Below, piece after piece: positions 1 through 10,100 of a stretch of 64,000 nt of DNA (positions are counted from its first letter, which is position 1; each line of letters begins with the position of its first letter). The stretch is from Pseudoxanthomonas sp. (GTDB lineage Bacteria > Pseudomonadota > Gammaproteobacteria > Xanthomonadales > Xanthomonadaceae). The notes beneath the pieces were generated by a model. That model was given only the letters and a program-made list of their open reading frames with translations. It did not search any database and had not been told where the DNA came from. The position numbers and the translations under genes are program-made. The stretch spans positions 34,142 through 98,141 of the forward strand of contig JASGDT010000045.1 in assembly GCA_047607085.1 (NCBI GenBank), given 5' to 3'.

Positions 1-279
1 GCGCTGCTGGTGCAATTCTGGTCGTCGGTGGTGCTGGGCGCGCGCGAATACCGCGGCAACCCGATGGCCGTGCACCGGCCATTGCCCATCGACGACGAAC
101 ACTTCGGCCGCTGGCTGGGTCTGTGGCGCGCCACCACCCGCGAAATGCTGCCGGCCGCGCAAGCCGACCTGATGTACGACCACGCGATGCGCATCGGCGC
201 CAGTTTGCGTTACGGCATGGGCCTGGACCCGTCGCGGCCCAGACCGCTGAAGTTGCCGGTGGTCGGTTTCGATACATAG
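1..279 (+). CDS. Group III truncated hemoglobin, 5'-partial
   Basis: FWSSV..G...Y.GNPMAVH and HF.RWL.LW..T motifs of group III truncated globins; frame is open to the window edge. Confidence 0.75.
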   Translation, partial: ALLVQFWSSVVLGAREYRGNPMAVHRPLPIDDEHFGRWLGLWRATTREMLPAAQADLMYDHAMRIGASLRYGMGLDPSRPRPLKLPVVGFDT

Positions 280-372
280 AAACCGCCGAAAAAAATCCTT
301 CTTCGACGTGACGGCATTTGCCGGCAACGCCCCACCGGCGGACAATGACGCTCCCATCCAAGGAGCCCGCGC

Positions 373-1545
373 ATGTCCATCGTCCGCATGACCGACCTCG
401 ACCTTTCCGGCAAGCGGGTGTTGATCCGCCAGGATCTGAACGTGCCGATCGACAACGGCCAGATCACCTCCGGGCAGCGCATCATCGCGTCGGTGCCGAC
501 GATCAGGCTGGCACTGGAAAAAGGCGCGGCGGTACTGGTGACCTCGCACCTGGGCCGCCCGAAGGAAGGCGTGTGGAGCGAAGAAGACTCGCTGGCCCCG
601 GTCGCCAAGCGCCTGTCCGATCTGCTCGGCGTCGAAGTGCCGCTGGTGCGCGACTGGGTCGATGGCGTCGAGGTGCAGCCCGGCGAAGTGAAGCTGCTGG
701 AAAACTGCCGCATGAACGTCGGCGAGGGCAAGGACGACGAAGCGCTGTCGAGGAAATACGCCGCCCTGTGCGACGTGTTCGTGATGGATGCTTTCGGCAC
801 CGCGCACCGCGCGCAGGCTTCCACGCATGGCGTGATCAAGTTCGCGCCCGTCGCTGCCGGCGGCCCGCTGCTGATGGCCGAACTCGATGCGCTGGCCAAG
901 GCGCTGCAACAACCGGCGCATCCGCTGCTGGCCATCGTTGCCGGCAGCAAGGTCAGCACCAAGCTGGAACTGCTGTCGAATCTGGTCAACAAGGTCGATC
1001 GGTTGATCGTCGGCGGCGGCATCGCCAACACTTTCATCGCCGCTGCCGGTCATGCGGTCGGCAAGTCATTATGCGAACCGGATTTGATCGACACCGCGAA
1101 GAAAATAGTGACTGATGCCAAGGCACGCGGCGCGGAGATTCCTCTGCCGGTCGATGTGGTGGTGGCCAAGCAGTTCCTGCCCGACGCCGAAGCCACGGTG
1201 AAGGCGGTTGACGCCGTGGCCGAGGACGACCTGATCCTCGACATCGGCCCGCAGACCGCGCAGCAGTACGCGGCGCTGATCGCCAACGCAGGCACCGTGG
1301 TCTGGAACGGCCCGGTCGGCGTGTTCGAATTCGAAGCCTTCGGCAAGGGCACCGAAACCCTGGCCCATGCGATTGCGCAATCGCCCGCGTTCTCCATCGC
1401 CGGCGGCGGCGACACGCTGGCGGCGGTGGACAAGTACGGCATCGAGAAGGAGGTGTCGTACATCTCCACCGGTGGCGGCGCATTCCTCGAATTCCTCGAA
1501 GGCAAGACCCTGCCGGCGGTGGCTGCGCTGGAAGCGCGGGACTGA
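373..1545 (+). CDS. pgk: Phosphoglycerate kinase
   Basis: [37 protein letters not shown] motifs; AAGGAG SD upstream. Confidence 0.98.
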   Translation: MSIVRMTDLDLSGKRVLIRQDLNVPIDNGQITSGQRIIASVPTIRLALEKGAAVLVTSHLGRPKEGVWSEEDSLAPVAKRLSDLLGVEVPLVRDWVDGVEVQPGEVKLLENCRMNVGEGKDDEALSRKYAALCDVFVMDAFGTAHRAQASTHGVIKFAPVAAGGPLLMAELDALAKALQQPAHPLLAIVAGSKVSTKLELLSNLVNKVDRLIVGGGIANTFIAAAGHAVGKSLCEPDLIDTAKKIVTDAKARGAEIPLPVDVVVAKQFLPDAEATVKAVDAVAEDDLILDIGPQTAQQYAALIANAGTVVWNGPVGVFEFEAFGKGTETLAHAIAQSPAFSIAGGGDTLAAVDKYGIEKEVSYISTGGGAFLEFLEGKTLPAVAALEARD

Positions 1546-1552
1546 ACCGCCC

Positions 1553-1650
1553 GGCGACGGCATTTCCGCAGGAGCGGCGTGAGCTGCGATGAGGCTTTCA
1601 CGGGAAAGCCCGGTCGCGGCTTGCGCCGCTCCTGCGGAAATGTCGTCGCC
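1553..1650. repeat. REPIN (inverted REP doublet) with extended arms
   Basis: GCAGGAGCGGCGTGAGCTGCGAT (1568-1590) and inverted GTCGCGGCTTGCGCCGCTCCTGC (1613-1635); arms extend a further 15 bp; central GGCTTTC/GAAAGCC hairpin. Confidence 0.85.
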
Positions 1651-1678
1651 GACTGTCTCCCACGGACATCTCATTCCC

Positions 1679-2326
1679 ATGCCCACCATCTTCTTCGACC
1701 TCGACGGCACCCTGATCAACTCGCAACTCGGCATCTTTCGCTGCACCCTCCATGCACTGGAAGAACTGCAATGTCCGGTACCGGACGACGCCACGCTCAA
1801 TGCCTGGATCGGCCCGCCGCTGCGCGACAGCTTCGCCACCGTGCTGCCCACGCCGGATCTGGTCGAACAAGCCCTGCATCTGTATCGCGACCGCTACGAC
1901 AGCGCCGGCTGGCGCGAACACACGGTTTACGAAGGCATCGGCGACGCGGTCGAAGCCCTGCATGCCGGCGGCTATCAACTGGCCGTGGTCACCGCCAAGA
2001 ACGAACCGCACGCGCGGCGCATCGTCGAACACCTGCCGTTCGGCCATCGCTTCGCCGGCGTGATCGGCGCAACCCTCGACGGTCGCCTGAGCCACAAGCC
2101 GGAATTGGTGGCAGAAGCCCTGCGCCGTCTGTCGCTGCCGCCGGGCGATGCCATCGCGATGATCGGCGACCGCCGCATGGACATGGAAGGCGCGAAAGCC
2201 CACGGCCTGCGCGCCGTCGGCGTGTTGTGGGGCTTCGGCAACGAAGCCGAACTGCTGGGTGCGGGCGCGGACGCCCTGGTGGCGCAGCCATCGGATTTGC
2301 ACCAAGCCTTTGCCGCGCTTGCGTAG
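1679..2326 (+). CDS. HAD-IA hydrolase, phosphoglycolate phosphatase-like
   Basis: FFDLDGTL motif I, KP and IGDR..D motifs; start moved to the MPTIFF ATG. Confidence 0.9.
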   Translation: MPTIFFDLDGTLINSQLGIFRCTLHALEELQCPVPDDATLNAWIGPPLRDSFATVLPTPDLVEQALHLYRDRYDSAGWREHTVYEGIGDAVEALHAGGYQLAVVTAKNEPHARRIVEHLPFGHRFAGVIGATLDGRLSHKPELVAEALRRLSLPPGDAIAMIGDRRMDMEGAKAHGLRAVGVLWGFGNEAELLGAGADALVAQPSDLHQAFAALA

Positions 2327-2441
2327 CATGCTGGTCTGTTATTGGTGCCGTCATTTCCGCCGGAACCGGCTGAAAAAGACATCGGTTGGCGCTCGATAAA
2401 CCCTTGCCTGTGTTAATTTCTCCGGCGGAGGGAAGACCGAC

Positions 2442-3908
2442 ATGCAAGCAAACCAAAGACGTACCAAAATCCTCGCCACGCTGGGCCCGGCCACCGATGC
2501 GCCCGGCGTGCTCGACAGCCTGTTCCGCGCCGGCGTGAATGTCGTCCGGCTGAATTTTTCCCACGGCGACCCGTCCGGCCAGGCCAAACGCGCCGCCGCC
2601 GTGCGCGCCGCCGCGCAGCGGGTGGGTGCGGAAGTCGGCATCCTCGCCGACCTGCCGGGGCCGAAGATCCGCATCGAAAAGTTTGCCGAGGGCAAGGTGA
2701 CGCTGAAGGCCGGCGAGCGCTTCGACCTGGTCGCCAGCGCCGATGCGCCGCCGGGCGATGCCACCCAGGTCGGCGTCAGCTACCTGGGCCTGCCCGGCGA
2801 CGTGCAGCCCGGCGACGTGCTGCTGCTGGACGATGGCCTGATGCAGTTGCAGGTGCAGGCGGTGGAAGGCGAGCGCATCGTCAACACCGTGCTCAACGAC
2901 GGTGTGCTGTCCGACCGCAAGGGCTTGAACAAGCAGGGCGGCGGCCTGTCGCTGGGCGCGCTGACCGAGCGCGACAAGGAACTGATCGGCATCGTCGCGC
3001 AGATCGGCGTCGATTTCATCGCGGTCAGCTTCTGCCGCAACGCCGAGGACATGAACGAAGCGCGCCGCATCGCCCGCGAACATGGCAGCGACGCCGCGCT
3101 GGTGTCGAAGATCGAACGCACCGAGGCCATCGAAAACCTGGCCGAGATCGTGGAGGCCAGCGATGTGGTGATGGTGGCGCGCGGCGATCTGGGCGTGGAG
3201 ATCGGCGATGCCGAACTGCCCGGCCTGCAGAAGAAGATCATCCGCGAATCGTTGGCGCGCAACCGCGTGGTCATCACCGCCACGCAGATGCTGCAGTCGA
3301 TGGTGGAAAGCCCGATCCCGACCCGTGCCGAAGTGCTGGACGTGGCCAACGCGGTCATCGACGGCACCGATGCGGTGATGCTCTCGGCCGAAACCGCCGC
3401 CGGCGCGTATCCGGTCAAGGCGGTCGAGGCGATGGCGCGCATCTGTCTGGGTGCGGAACGGCAATTCGTGTTCGACACCGATTTCGAGAAGGCCCCGCGC
3501 AACCTGCAACACGCCGACCAGGCCATCGCGATGGCGTCGATGTTCATTGCCGAGCACATCGGCGTGGGCGCCATCGTGGCGATGACCGAATCCGGCGGCA
3601 CCGCGCGCTACCTGTCGCGCTTCCGCGCCAACGCGCCGATCTACGCCTTCAGTCGCCACGACGGCGCGCGCCGGCGCATGGCGCTGATGCGCGACGTGAT
3701 TCCGATCGCCTTCGACAGCCGTGGTTTGGCCCCGCGCGAGGCCGGCCGCGAGGCGCTGCGCGTGCTCAGCGACCGCGGCCTGCTGGCGCAGGGCGACCGG
3801 GTGATCTTCACCAGCGGCGACCACATGGAGAAGCACGGCTCCACCAATACTCTGCGGTTGCTGCAACTGGGCGAGGGCGGCAGGGCCGAAGGACTGGGCG
3901 AGATTTGA
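2442..3908 (+). CDS. pyk: Pyruvate kinase
   Basis: TKILATLGPAT, RLNFSHG, KIER, MVARGDLGVE, DAVMLSAETA. Confidence 0.98.
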   Translation: MQANQRRTKILATLGPATDAPGVLDSLFRAGVNVVRLNFSHGDPSGQAKRAAAVRAAAQRVGAEVGILADLPGPKIRIEKFAEGKVTLKAGERFDLVASADAPPGDATQVGVSYLGLPGDVQPGDVLLLDDGLMQLQVQAVEGERIVNTVLNDGVLSDRKGLNKQGGGLSLGALTERDKELIGIVAQIGVDFIAVSFCRNAEDMNEARRIAREHGSDAALVSKIERTEAIENLAEIVEASDVVMVARGDLGVEIGDAELPGLQKKIIRESLARNRVVITATQMLQSMVESPIPTRAEVLDVANAVIDGTDAVMLSAETAAGAYPVKAVEAMARICLGAERQFVFDTDFEKAPRNLQHADQAIAMASMFIAEHIGVGAIVAMTESGGTARYLSRFRANAPIYAFSRHDGARRRMALMRDVIPIAFDSRGLAPREAGREALRVLSDRGLLAQGDRVIFTSGDHMEKHGSTNTLRLLQLGEGGRAEGLGEI

Positions 3909-3960
3909 CTCGATAGCCAAAGTAGTGCTATTCCCTCCCCCGTGGGAATGACGCGAGGGC

Positions 3961-4632
3961 ATGACGATGCGAGTTCGTAACCTGTTGCTGGCAGCAATGG
4001 CCGCCACCGTGTTGCCTGTCGTGGCTGCTGATCGGATACCCATCGCCAACGAAGGCGCCATCGGTGGCCGCTGGGTCCCAGTACCCGGTACCATGTTCAC
4101 GCCCGCCTATCCCGATGCGTATGCCAAGGATCCGGAACAGGTCTGCGTCGCGGTCGGCTATTTGCTCAATGCCGATGGGCACACCTCGGACTTCTCGTTG
4201 CTGAAATCCTGGAGTTCCGGTGACAGTTCCAAGGCCCGCATGAAATTCTGGCAAACGTTCGCCGGCGACGCTTCGCAGGCGCTGGCCCGGTGGCAGTTCG
4301 TCCCCGCGGCGGGGGTTGCCGAACCCAAGCCGGTGTATACCGTGGCCACCTTCGTCTTCGGCCCCGGGGATTCCACGGCCACGCAAGAGCACTGTGCAAT
4401 TTCCGATCTCGCAATGCGCCTGGTCGAGTTGAGGTACAACGAGCGTGCGGGCCGGCTCATGGGACGCGGCATCTATGCCAAGCTCGACATTGATCCGAGC
4501 CTGGAAACGCGCCTTCGGCTGCAGGCAATGGCTGATCGCGAACGAGAGGAACGAGCCCAGGCAGCCAGGAATACGAAGACCCCGCAGTCGTCACAGGTGG
4601 AATTGCTGAACGGTACTTCGGGCAAGAAATAG
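3961..4632 (+). CDS. Exported hypothetical protein with TonB C-terminal-like region
   Basis: Sec-type signal peptide, then P.YP..A...V.V.Y.L..DG and W.F.P pattern reminiscent of TonB CTD; start may be 3967. Confidence 0.6.
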   Translation: MTMRVRNLLLAAMAATVLPVVAADRIPIANEGAIGGRWVPVPGTMFTPAYPDAYAKDPEQVCVAVGYLLNADGHTSDFSLLKSWSSGDSSKARMKFWQTFAGDASQALARWQFVPAAGVAEPKPVYTVATFVFGPGDSTATQEHCAISDLAMRLVELRYNERAGRLMGRGIYAKLDIDPSLETRLRLQAMADREREERAQAARNTKTPQSSQVELLNGTSGKK

Positions 4633-4775
4633 GCGCCGCTCTTGACTTTGCCGTCGCCTGCCCAAGCAGCAGCCATGGCAACGGCAACGGTCCACGTCAG
4701 GGAAGATGCTCCCACGGGAAGCTGCGCGGTCTAAAATTGGTCTTTTCCCGCTGCCGCATTCCCGGAAGGACCGAC

Positions 4776-5780
4776 ATGAGCATCGAACAACTCGCCGAAA
4801 CTGCCCGGGCCATGGTGGCTCCGGGCAAGGGCATCATCGCCATCGACGAATCCACCAGCACGATTGCCAAGCGTTTCGCCGGCGTCGGCATCGACAATAC
4901 CGAGGAAAACCGCCGCGCCTACCGCGAGTTGCTGCTGACCACGCCCAAGCTGTCGGACTACATTTCCGGCGCGATCCTGTTCGACGAAACCATCCGCCAA
5001 TCGACCAGGGCGGGCGTGCCGTTCGCCAGGTACATGGCCGAGCACGGCATCATCCCCGGCATCAAGGTGGACAAGGGCACGCACGCACTGGCCGGCTGCC
5101 CCGGCGAAGTGGTGACCGAAGGCCTCGACGGCCTGCGCGAGCGCCTGCAGGAGTACTACAAGCTGGGCGCGCGCTTCGCCAAGTGGCGCGCGGTCATCAG
5201 CATCGGCGAGGACATTCCTTCGGGCAGCTGCATCGAAGCCAACGCCCACGCGCTGGCGCGCTACGCCGCGCTGTGCCAGGAGCAGGGTCTCGTGCCGATG
5301 GTCGAGCCGGAAGTGCTCATGGACGGCAACCACGACATCGAAACCTGCTACGAAGTCACCGAAGCCACGCTGCGCTCGCTGTTCAGCGCGCTGTACGAGC
5401 AGAACGTGCTGCTGGAAGGCACGATCCTGAAGGCCTCGATGGTCATCTCCGGCAAGGATTGCGAAGAGCAGGCCGACGTCGATGAAGTCGCCGAATCGAC
5501 GGTGATGTGCCTCAAATCCACGGTGCCGGCGATCCTGCCGGGCATCGTGTTCCTGTCCGGCGGCCAGACCGACGAACAATCCACCGCACACCTGGATGCG
5601 ATGAACAAGCTGGGCAACCTGCCGTGGCCGCTGAGCTTCAGCTATGGCCGCGCGATGCAGGCCGCGGCGCTGAAGCTGTGGTCGAAGGATCTGGTCGGCA
5701 ACTTCGCCAAGGCGCAGGCGGTGGTCCACGAGCGCGCCAAGGAGAATGGTTTGGCGGCGCTGGGCAAGTGGAACGGCTGA
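4776..5780 (+). CDS. Fructose-bisphosphate aldolase class I
   Basis: GIIAIDES, FAKWRAV, PMVEPEV, FLSGGQ, FSYGRA; GAAGGA SD before ATG 4776. Confidence 0.97.
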   Translation: MSIEQLAETARAMVAPGKGIIAIDESTSTIAKRFAGVGIDNTEENRRAYRELLLTTPKLSDYISGAILFDETIRQSTRAGVPFARYMAEHGIIPGIKVDKGTHALAGCPGEVVTEGLDGLRERLQEYYKLGARFAKWRAVISIGEDIPSGSCIEANAHALARYAALCQEQGLVPMVEPEVLMDGNHDIETCYEVTEATLRSLFSALYEQNVLLEGTILKASMVISGKDCEEQADVDEVAESTVMCLKSTVPAILPGIVFLSGGQTDEQSTAHLDAMNKLGNLPWPLSFSYGRAMQAAALKLWSKDLVGNFAKAQAVVHERAKENGLAALGKWNG

Positions 5781-5831
5781 TTGCCGTTGCAATCGCACAT
5801 CACCGGCATCCACCAAGTCGCCATTCCCTTT

Positions 5832-5878
5832 CCCTCGCGCGCTTCGCGCACGCGTCCCTCTCCCGCAAGGGGAGAGGG
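5832..5878 (+). repeat. Double-hairpin intergenic palindromic repeat
   Basis: GCGCGCTTCGCGCA hairpin followed by CCCTCTCCC-GCAA-GGGGAGAGGG, between convergent fba and cysK. Confidence 0.7.
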
Positions 5879-5893
5879 AGAATCAAAAGCCGA

Positions 5894-6853
5894 TCACCCC
5901 AGCGACGCCAACCACTCGTCGTCGCTGCCATCGGTCACGCCCTCGAACAGCGCGGTCGAGAAGTAGCGCTCGCCGGTATCCGGCAGCACGGTCAGGATCA
6001 CCGAGCCCTCCGGTGCGCTTTCGGCGGTCTGCAACGCGGCCCAGGCGGTCGCGCCGGCGGAGATGCCGACGAAGATGCCCTCCTCGGTGGCGAGGCGGCG
6101 CGAGGTCGCCAGCGCGTCGGCGTCGGGCACGTTGACGAACTGGTCAACGACGCGCGGGTTCAGCACTTCCGGCACGAAGTCCGGCGCCCAGCCCTGGATC
6201 TTGTGCGGGGTGAACGTGCCGCCCTGCACCAGCGGCGCGGCGGCCGGTTCGGCGGCGACGATCTTCACGTCCGGGCGTGCGACCTTCAGCACTTCGCCCA
6301 CGCCGGTCAGGGTGCCGCCGGTGCCCCAGCCGCTGACGAAATAGTCGAGCTTGCGGCCGGCGAAGTCGCGCAGGATCTCCGCGGCGGTGGTCTGGCGGTG
6401 ATAGGCCGGGTTGGCCGGGTTGGCGAACTGGCGGGCGAGGAACCAGCCGTGCTTCTTCGCCAGTTCCTCGGCCTTGCGCACCATGCCGGTGCCGCGTTCG
6501 GCGGCGGGGGTCAGGATCACCTTGCCGCCGTAGGCGCGGATCAGCTTGCGGCGTTCGATGGAGAAGGTTTCCACCATCGTCGCGACGAACTTGTAGCCGC
6601 GCGCGGCCGCAACGGCGGCCAGCGCCACGCCGGTATTGCCGGAGGTCGCCTCGATGATGGTGTCGCCGGGCTTCAGCAGGCCCTTGGCTTCGGCGTCCAG
6701 CACGATGGCTAGCGCCAGACGGTCTTTCACGCTGCCGGCGGGATTGAAGGATTCAACCTTGGCATAGACCGTGCGGCCGGCGGGCGAGAGGCGGTTGAGC
6801 TTGACCACCGGAGTGTTGCCGATGGTGTCGAGGATGCTGTCGTAGATGGCCAT
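5894..6853 (-). CDS. cysK: Cysteine synthase A
   Basis: IGNTPVV, KVESFNPAGSVKDR (PLP lysine), EATSGNTG, GWGTGGT, PHKIQG, PDTGERY; GGAG SD before ATG 6853. Confidence 0.96.
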   Translation of the reverse strand: MAIYDSILDTIGNTPVVKLNRLSPAGRTVYAKVESFNPAGSVKDRLALAIVLDAEAKGLLKPGDTIIEATSGNTGVALAAVAAARGYKFVATMVETFSIERRKLIRAYGGKVILTPAAERGTGMVRKAEELAKKHGWFLARQFANPANPAYHRQTTAAEILRDFAGRKLDYFVSGWGTGGTLTGVGEVLKVARPDVKIVAAEPAAAPLVQGGTFTPHKIQGWAPDFVPEVLNPRVVDQFVNVPDADALATSRRLATEEGIFVGISAGATAWAALQTAESAPEGSVILTVLPDTGERYFSTALFEGVTDGSDDEWLASLG

Positions 6854-6896
6854 GCGAATCTCCGGAGGTGTGTGCGGCAAGGAGGGAGTGGATGAA

Positions 6897-7883
6897 TCAG
6901 GCTGCCTGCGCCAGTTCCGGCGCGGGTGGTTCATGCGAAGCGGTGGTGGCCAGCGGCGGCGCGCCGAACCAGTGCAGGGTCTGTGCCAGCGCGGCGACTT
7001 CGCCGACCACCAGCAGGGTGGGCGATTGCACCGCGTGTTCGCGTGCGGCTTCGGGCAACTGCGCCAGCGTGGCGGTGACCACGCGCTGCTGCGGGCGCGA
7101 GCCGTTTTCGATCAGTGCGATGGGCGTATGCGGCGCGCGTCCGTGTTCGATCAACTTGTCGCGGAAGTTTTCCAGTTCGGCCACGCCCATATAGACGGCC
7201 AGGGTCTGCTTTGGTGCGGCCAGCGCGGCCCAGTCCAGCGCCGGGTCGGCGTTGTCCCTGGCGTGCGCGGTGACGAAGCGCAGCGACTGCGCGTGTTCGC
7301 GATGGGTCAGCGGGATGCCGGCATACGCGCCGCAAGCCAGTGCGGCGGTGACGCCGGGGATGACTTCGAAGGCGATGCCATGCGCGCGAAGCACTTCCAG
7401 TTCTTCGCCGCCGCGCCCGAACACGAACGGGTCGCCGCCCTTCAGCCGCACCACGTAACGGCCGGCGCGGGCATGTTCGACCATCAGTTCGTGGATGCGT
7501 GCCTGCTGCGCGTGGTGGTTGCCGCCAACGTGTTTGCCCACTTCGATGAAGTCCGCATCGCGGTGGGCCAGCGCCAGCACTTCGGCGCTGACCAGACGGT
7601 CGTGCAGGACCACGTCGGCCTGATTGAGCGCGCGCAAGGCGTTGAGGGTGAGCAGGCCGGGGTCGCCCGGGCCGGCGCCGACGAGCGCCACCGAGCCTAT
7701 CGGCCGCGCCCGCAAGCGACGCGGCAGAACGCCGGCCAGCAGGCGATCGAGCCTCAGGAGCCTGCGCGACGGGAGCCAACCGGGCTGCAAACGCGCTTGC
7801 GCGGCCCGTTTTTCCGCCGATTCTTGGCCCGTAGTATCGCTACGGGCCTGCAAATCGTCGAAAAATCGTTCTCGCGCAATCAC
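6897..7883 (-). CDS. Uroporphyrinogen-III C-methyltransferase (C-terminal half of siroheme synthase CysG only)
   Basis: [35 protein letters not shown]; only about 60 aa precede the methyltransferase domain; GTG 7883 chosen for GAGG SD (alternative ATG 7955). Confidence 0.88.
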   Translation of the reverse strand: MIARERFFDDLQARSDTTGQESAEKRAAQARLQPGWLPSRRLLRLDRLLAGVLPRRLRARPIGSVALVGAGPGDPGLLTLNALRALNQADVVLHDRLVSAEVLALAHRDADFIEVGKHVGGNHHAQQARIHELMVEHARAGRYVVRLKGGDPFVFGRGGEELEVLRAHGIAFEVIPGVTAALACGAYAGIPLTHREHAQSLRFVTAHARDNADPALDWAALAAPKQTLAVYMGVAELENFRDKLIEHGRAPHTPIALIENGSRPQQRVVTATLAQLPEAAREHAVQSPTLLVVGEVAALAQTLHWFGAPPLATTASHEPPAPELAQAA

Positions 7884-8097
7884 GCTTTCGCCTCGGTTGT
7901 CTCCATCGCGCAGGCTCCTTGGCAGCGAATCGGTCACGGCAGATTTTCCGTCCATCTTCGGGCCGATGAACCTAACTCTCGGTTATCAGCCGGTGAAATG
8001 GCCTGCGGCTTGCTTCTTATTCCGTTGGGTTATTAACCTGGAATTCAAAATGCGCTAGATTGCCGGCTTCCCCTGTTCATGTTTGCCGGCGCGAGCC

Positions 8098-9081
8098 ATG
8101 ACCCTGACCCAGCTCCGCTACCTGATCGCCATTGCCGACGCCGACCTCAACATCACTTTGGCGGCGGCGCGCGTACACGCGACCCAGCCGGGCCTGTCCA
8201 AGCAATTGAAGCAACTGGAGGACGAACTGGGCTTCCTGCTGTTCGTGCGCAAGGGCCGCAGTCTGGAATCGGTGACCCCGGCCGGCGGCGAAGTCATCGC
8301 CCGCGCCCGGGCGGTGCTGGCCGAAGCCAACAACATCCGCACCTATGCCGCCAACCAGCGCCGCGAAAGCCAGGGCGAACTGGTCATCGCCACCACCCAC
8401 ACCCAGGCGCGCTTCGTGCTGCCGCCGGCCATCGCCCGGATCAAGCTGGCGTATCCGCAGGTGGGCGTACATCTGCAACAGGCGGCCGAGAGCACCGCGC
8501 TGGATCTGGTCAGCGCCGGCGACGCCGACATCGCCGTGGTCAGCAGCGCCGGCAGCGTGCCGCAGGCGGGGATCGCCGTGCCGCTGTTCCGCTGGCGGCG
8601 GCTGGTGCTGGCCCCGCGCGGGCACGCCTTCGACGCCGGTGACGCCGTGCCGGGCCTTGCCGAACTGGCCGCGCAGCCGCTGATCAGCTACGAATCCTCG
8701 GTGCGCCCGGAATCCTCGCTGCGCCGCGCCTTTGCCGGTACCGGGCTGGAGCCGAACATCGCCCTGACCGCGCTGGACGCCGATCTGATCAAGACCTATG
8801 TCCGTGCCGGGCTGGGCGTGGGCTTGCTGGCGGAAATGGCGGTCAGCGCCGCCGACACCGACCTGCGCGCCTGGCCCGCGCCGCGGCAGATCGAGGAGTG
8901 CATCGCCTGGGCAGTGTTGCCGCGCGAGCGTGTGCTGCGCGACTACGCGCTGGACCTGGTCGTCGCCATCGCCCCGCAGATCGACAAGCGCGACCTGCGC
9001 CGGGTCATGGACGGCAACGCCGAAGCCAAATGGCCGGAGCCGCCAAGCTGGGAAGCCTTGAGCCAGACCATCACGTTCTGA
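8098..9081 (+). CDS. cysB: CysB-like LysR transcriptional regulator
   Basis: MTLTQLRY HTH, TQPGLSKQ, IATTHTQAR, DADLIKTYVRAGLG; located in cys cluster. Confidence 0.93.
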   Translation: MTLTQLRYLIAIADADLNITLAAARVHATQPGLSKQLKQLEDELGFLLFVRKGRSLESVTPAGGEVIARARAVLAEANNIRTYAANQRRESQGELVIATTHTQARFVLPPAIARIKLAYPQVGVHLQQAAESTALDLVSAGDADIAVVSSAGSVPQAGIAVPLFRWRRLVLAPRGHAFDAGDAVPGLAELAAQPLISYESSVRPESSLRRAFAGTGLEPNIALTALDADLIKTYVRAGLGVGLLAEMAVSAADTDLRAWPAPRQIEECIAWAVLPRERVLRDYALDLVVAIAPQIDKRDLRRVMDGNAEAKWPEPPSWEALSQTITF

Positions 9082-9251
9082 AGGAGACTGCGTCTGCAAT
9101 TGACGATTTCCCCGCTTCCCGATGCGATGAATTTTCTCGGTACCGCAATTCTCTACAGAAACGGAAGTCCGCTCGTCATCAAGCATCGCCCGGGCATCTC
9201 ATCTGTCCCGCCTTCATTGGCAGTGCGGCGTTCTAGTCATCGCCCAAGGTC

Positions 9252-9280
9252 TTGCCGCAAGCTCCCATCGGCGGTATAAA
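9252..9280 (+). promoter_or_regulatory. Near-consensus sigma70 promoter
   Basis: TTGCCG (9252-9257), 17-nt spacer, TATAAA (9275-9280). Confidence 0.6.
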
Positions 9281-9425
9281 TCAAGCGCGGGGGGCGCAAT
9301 GCGCCTCCTTTCTCGTTTTTTGCGCCAGGCAAGGCTTCTGGCCATGCCGGTGCGGCCGTTATGTAACCGTTTTCCCAGCATGGGTTATCTTTCGCGGTCT
9401 CACTGCCCCGGAGTTCCCGCCGACC

Positions 9426-10082
9426 ATGTCGCCGTCGCGCCTGCTTTGTTGTCTCCTCGCCTGCACCGCGCTGGCGCTGTCGGCGTGTGCCGCCGTTCCC
9501 ACCAAGGTGTCGCGCAAGGGCAGCATGCTGGCCAAGGAGAGCTTCGATTCGGACGGTACCTATTCGCGCAGCTTCGAGCAGACCCCGGAACAGGTCTGCC
9601 AGACCGCATACCGCGCCCTGCTCAGCCAGGGCTACGTGGCGGTGAAGGTCGAGGCCCGCGCGATCGAAGCGGCCAAGAACTTCCAGCCCGAAGCCGAAGT
9701 GCATGAACAGATGACCATGCGCGTGTCCTGCGTGCAGCAGGCCCATCGCGAAACGTGGATGTTCGCCAGTGCCCAGCAGGACCGCTACAACCTGCGCAAG
9801 AGCAACAATTCCGCCAGCGTGGGCGTCAGCGCGCTGGGTTCGCTGTCGCTGCCGATCGGCAGCACCGACGATTCGCTGGTCAAGGTCGGCAGCATGACCG
9901 TGCAGGACGCCGGCTTCTACCGCGCGTTCTTCGACGTGGTCAAACGCTACCTGCCGCCGCCGCCGCCGGAGCCGACGCCGGAAGACATCCAGCCGGCATC
10001 CGCCGCGCCGCAGGTGCAGGAACTGACGCCGGTGCCGCAGTTCGGCGATGCGGCGGAAAACAACGCGCCGACCTTGCCTTGA
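9426..10082 (+). CDS. DUF2242-family lipoprotein
   Basis: Lipobox LSAC; ESFDS..TYSRSF, QDRY.LRKS..SASVGV...GSLSLPIG..DDSLVKV signature. Confidence 0.8.
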   Translation: MSPSRLLCCLLACTALALSACAAVPTKVSRKGSMLAKESFDSDGTYSRSFEQTPEQVCQTAYRALLSQGYVAVKVEARAIEAAKNFQPEAEVHEQMTMRVSCVQQAHRETWMFASAQQDRYNLRKSNNSASVGVSALGSLSLPIGSTDDSLVKVGSMTVQDAGFYRAFFDVVKRYLPPPPPEPTPEDIQPASAAPQVQELTPVPQFGDAAENNAPTLP

Positions 10083-10100
10083 TGCCCCGCGCCGGGCTGT

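Noticed and set aside
9127-9279. 50-codon ORF downstream of cysB
   Set aside because: No SD, atypical composition, no motif; it overlaps the predicted promoter
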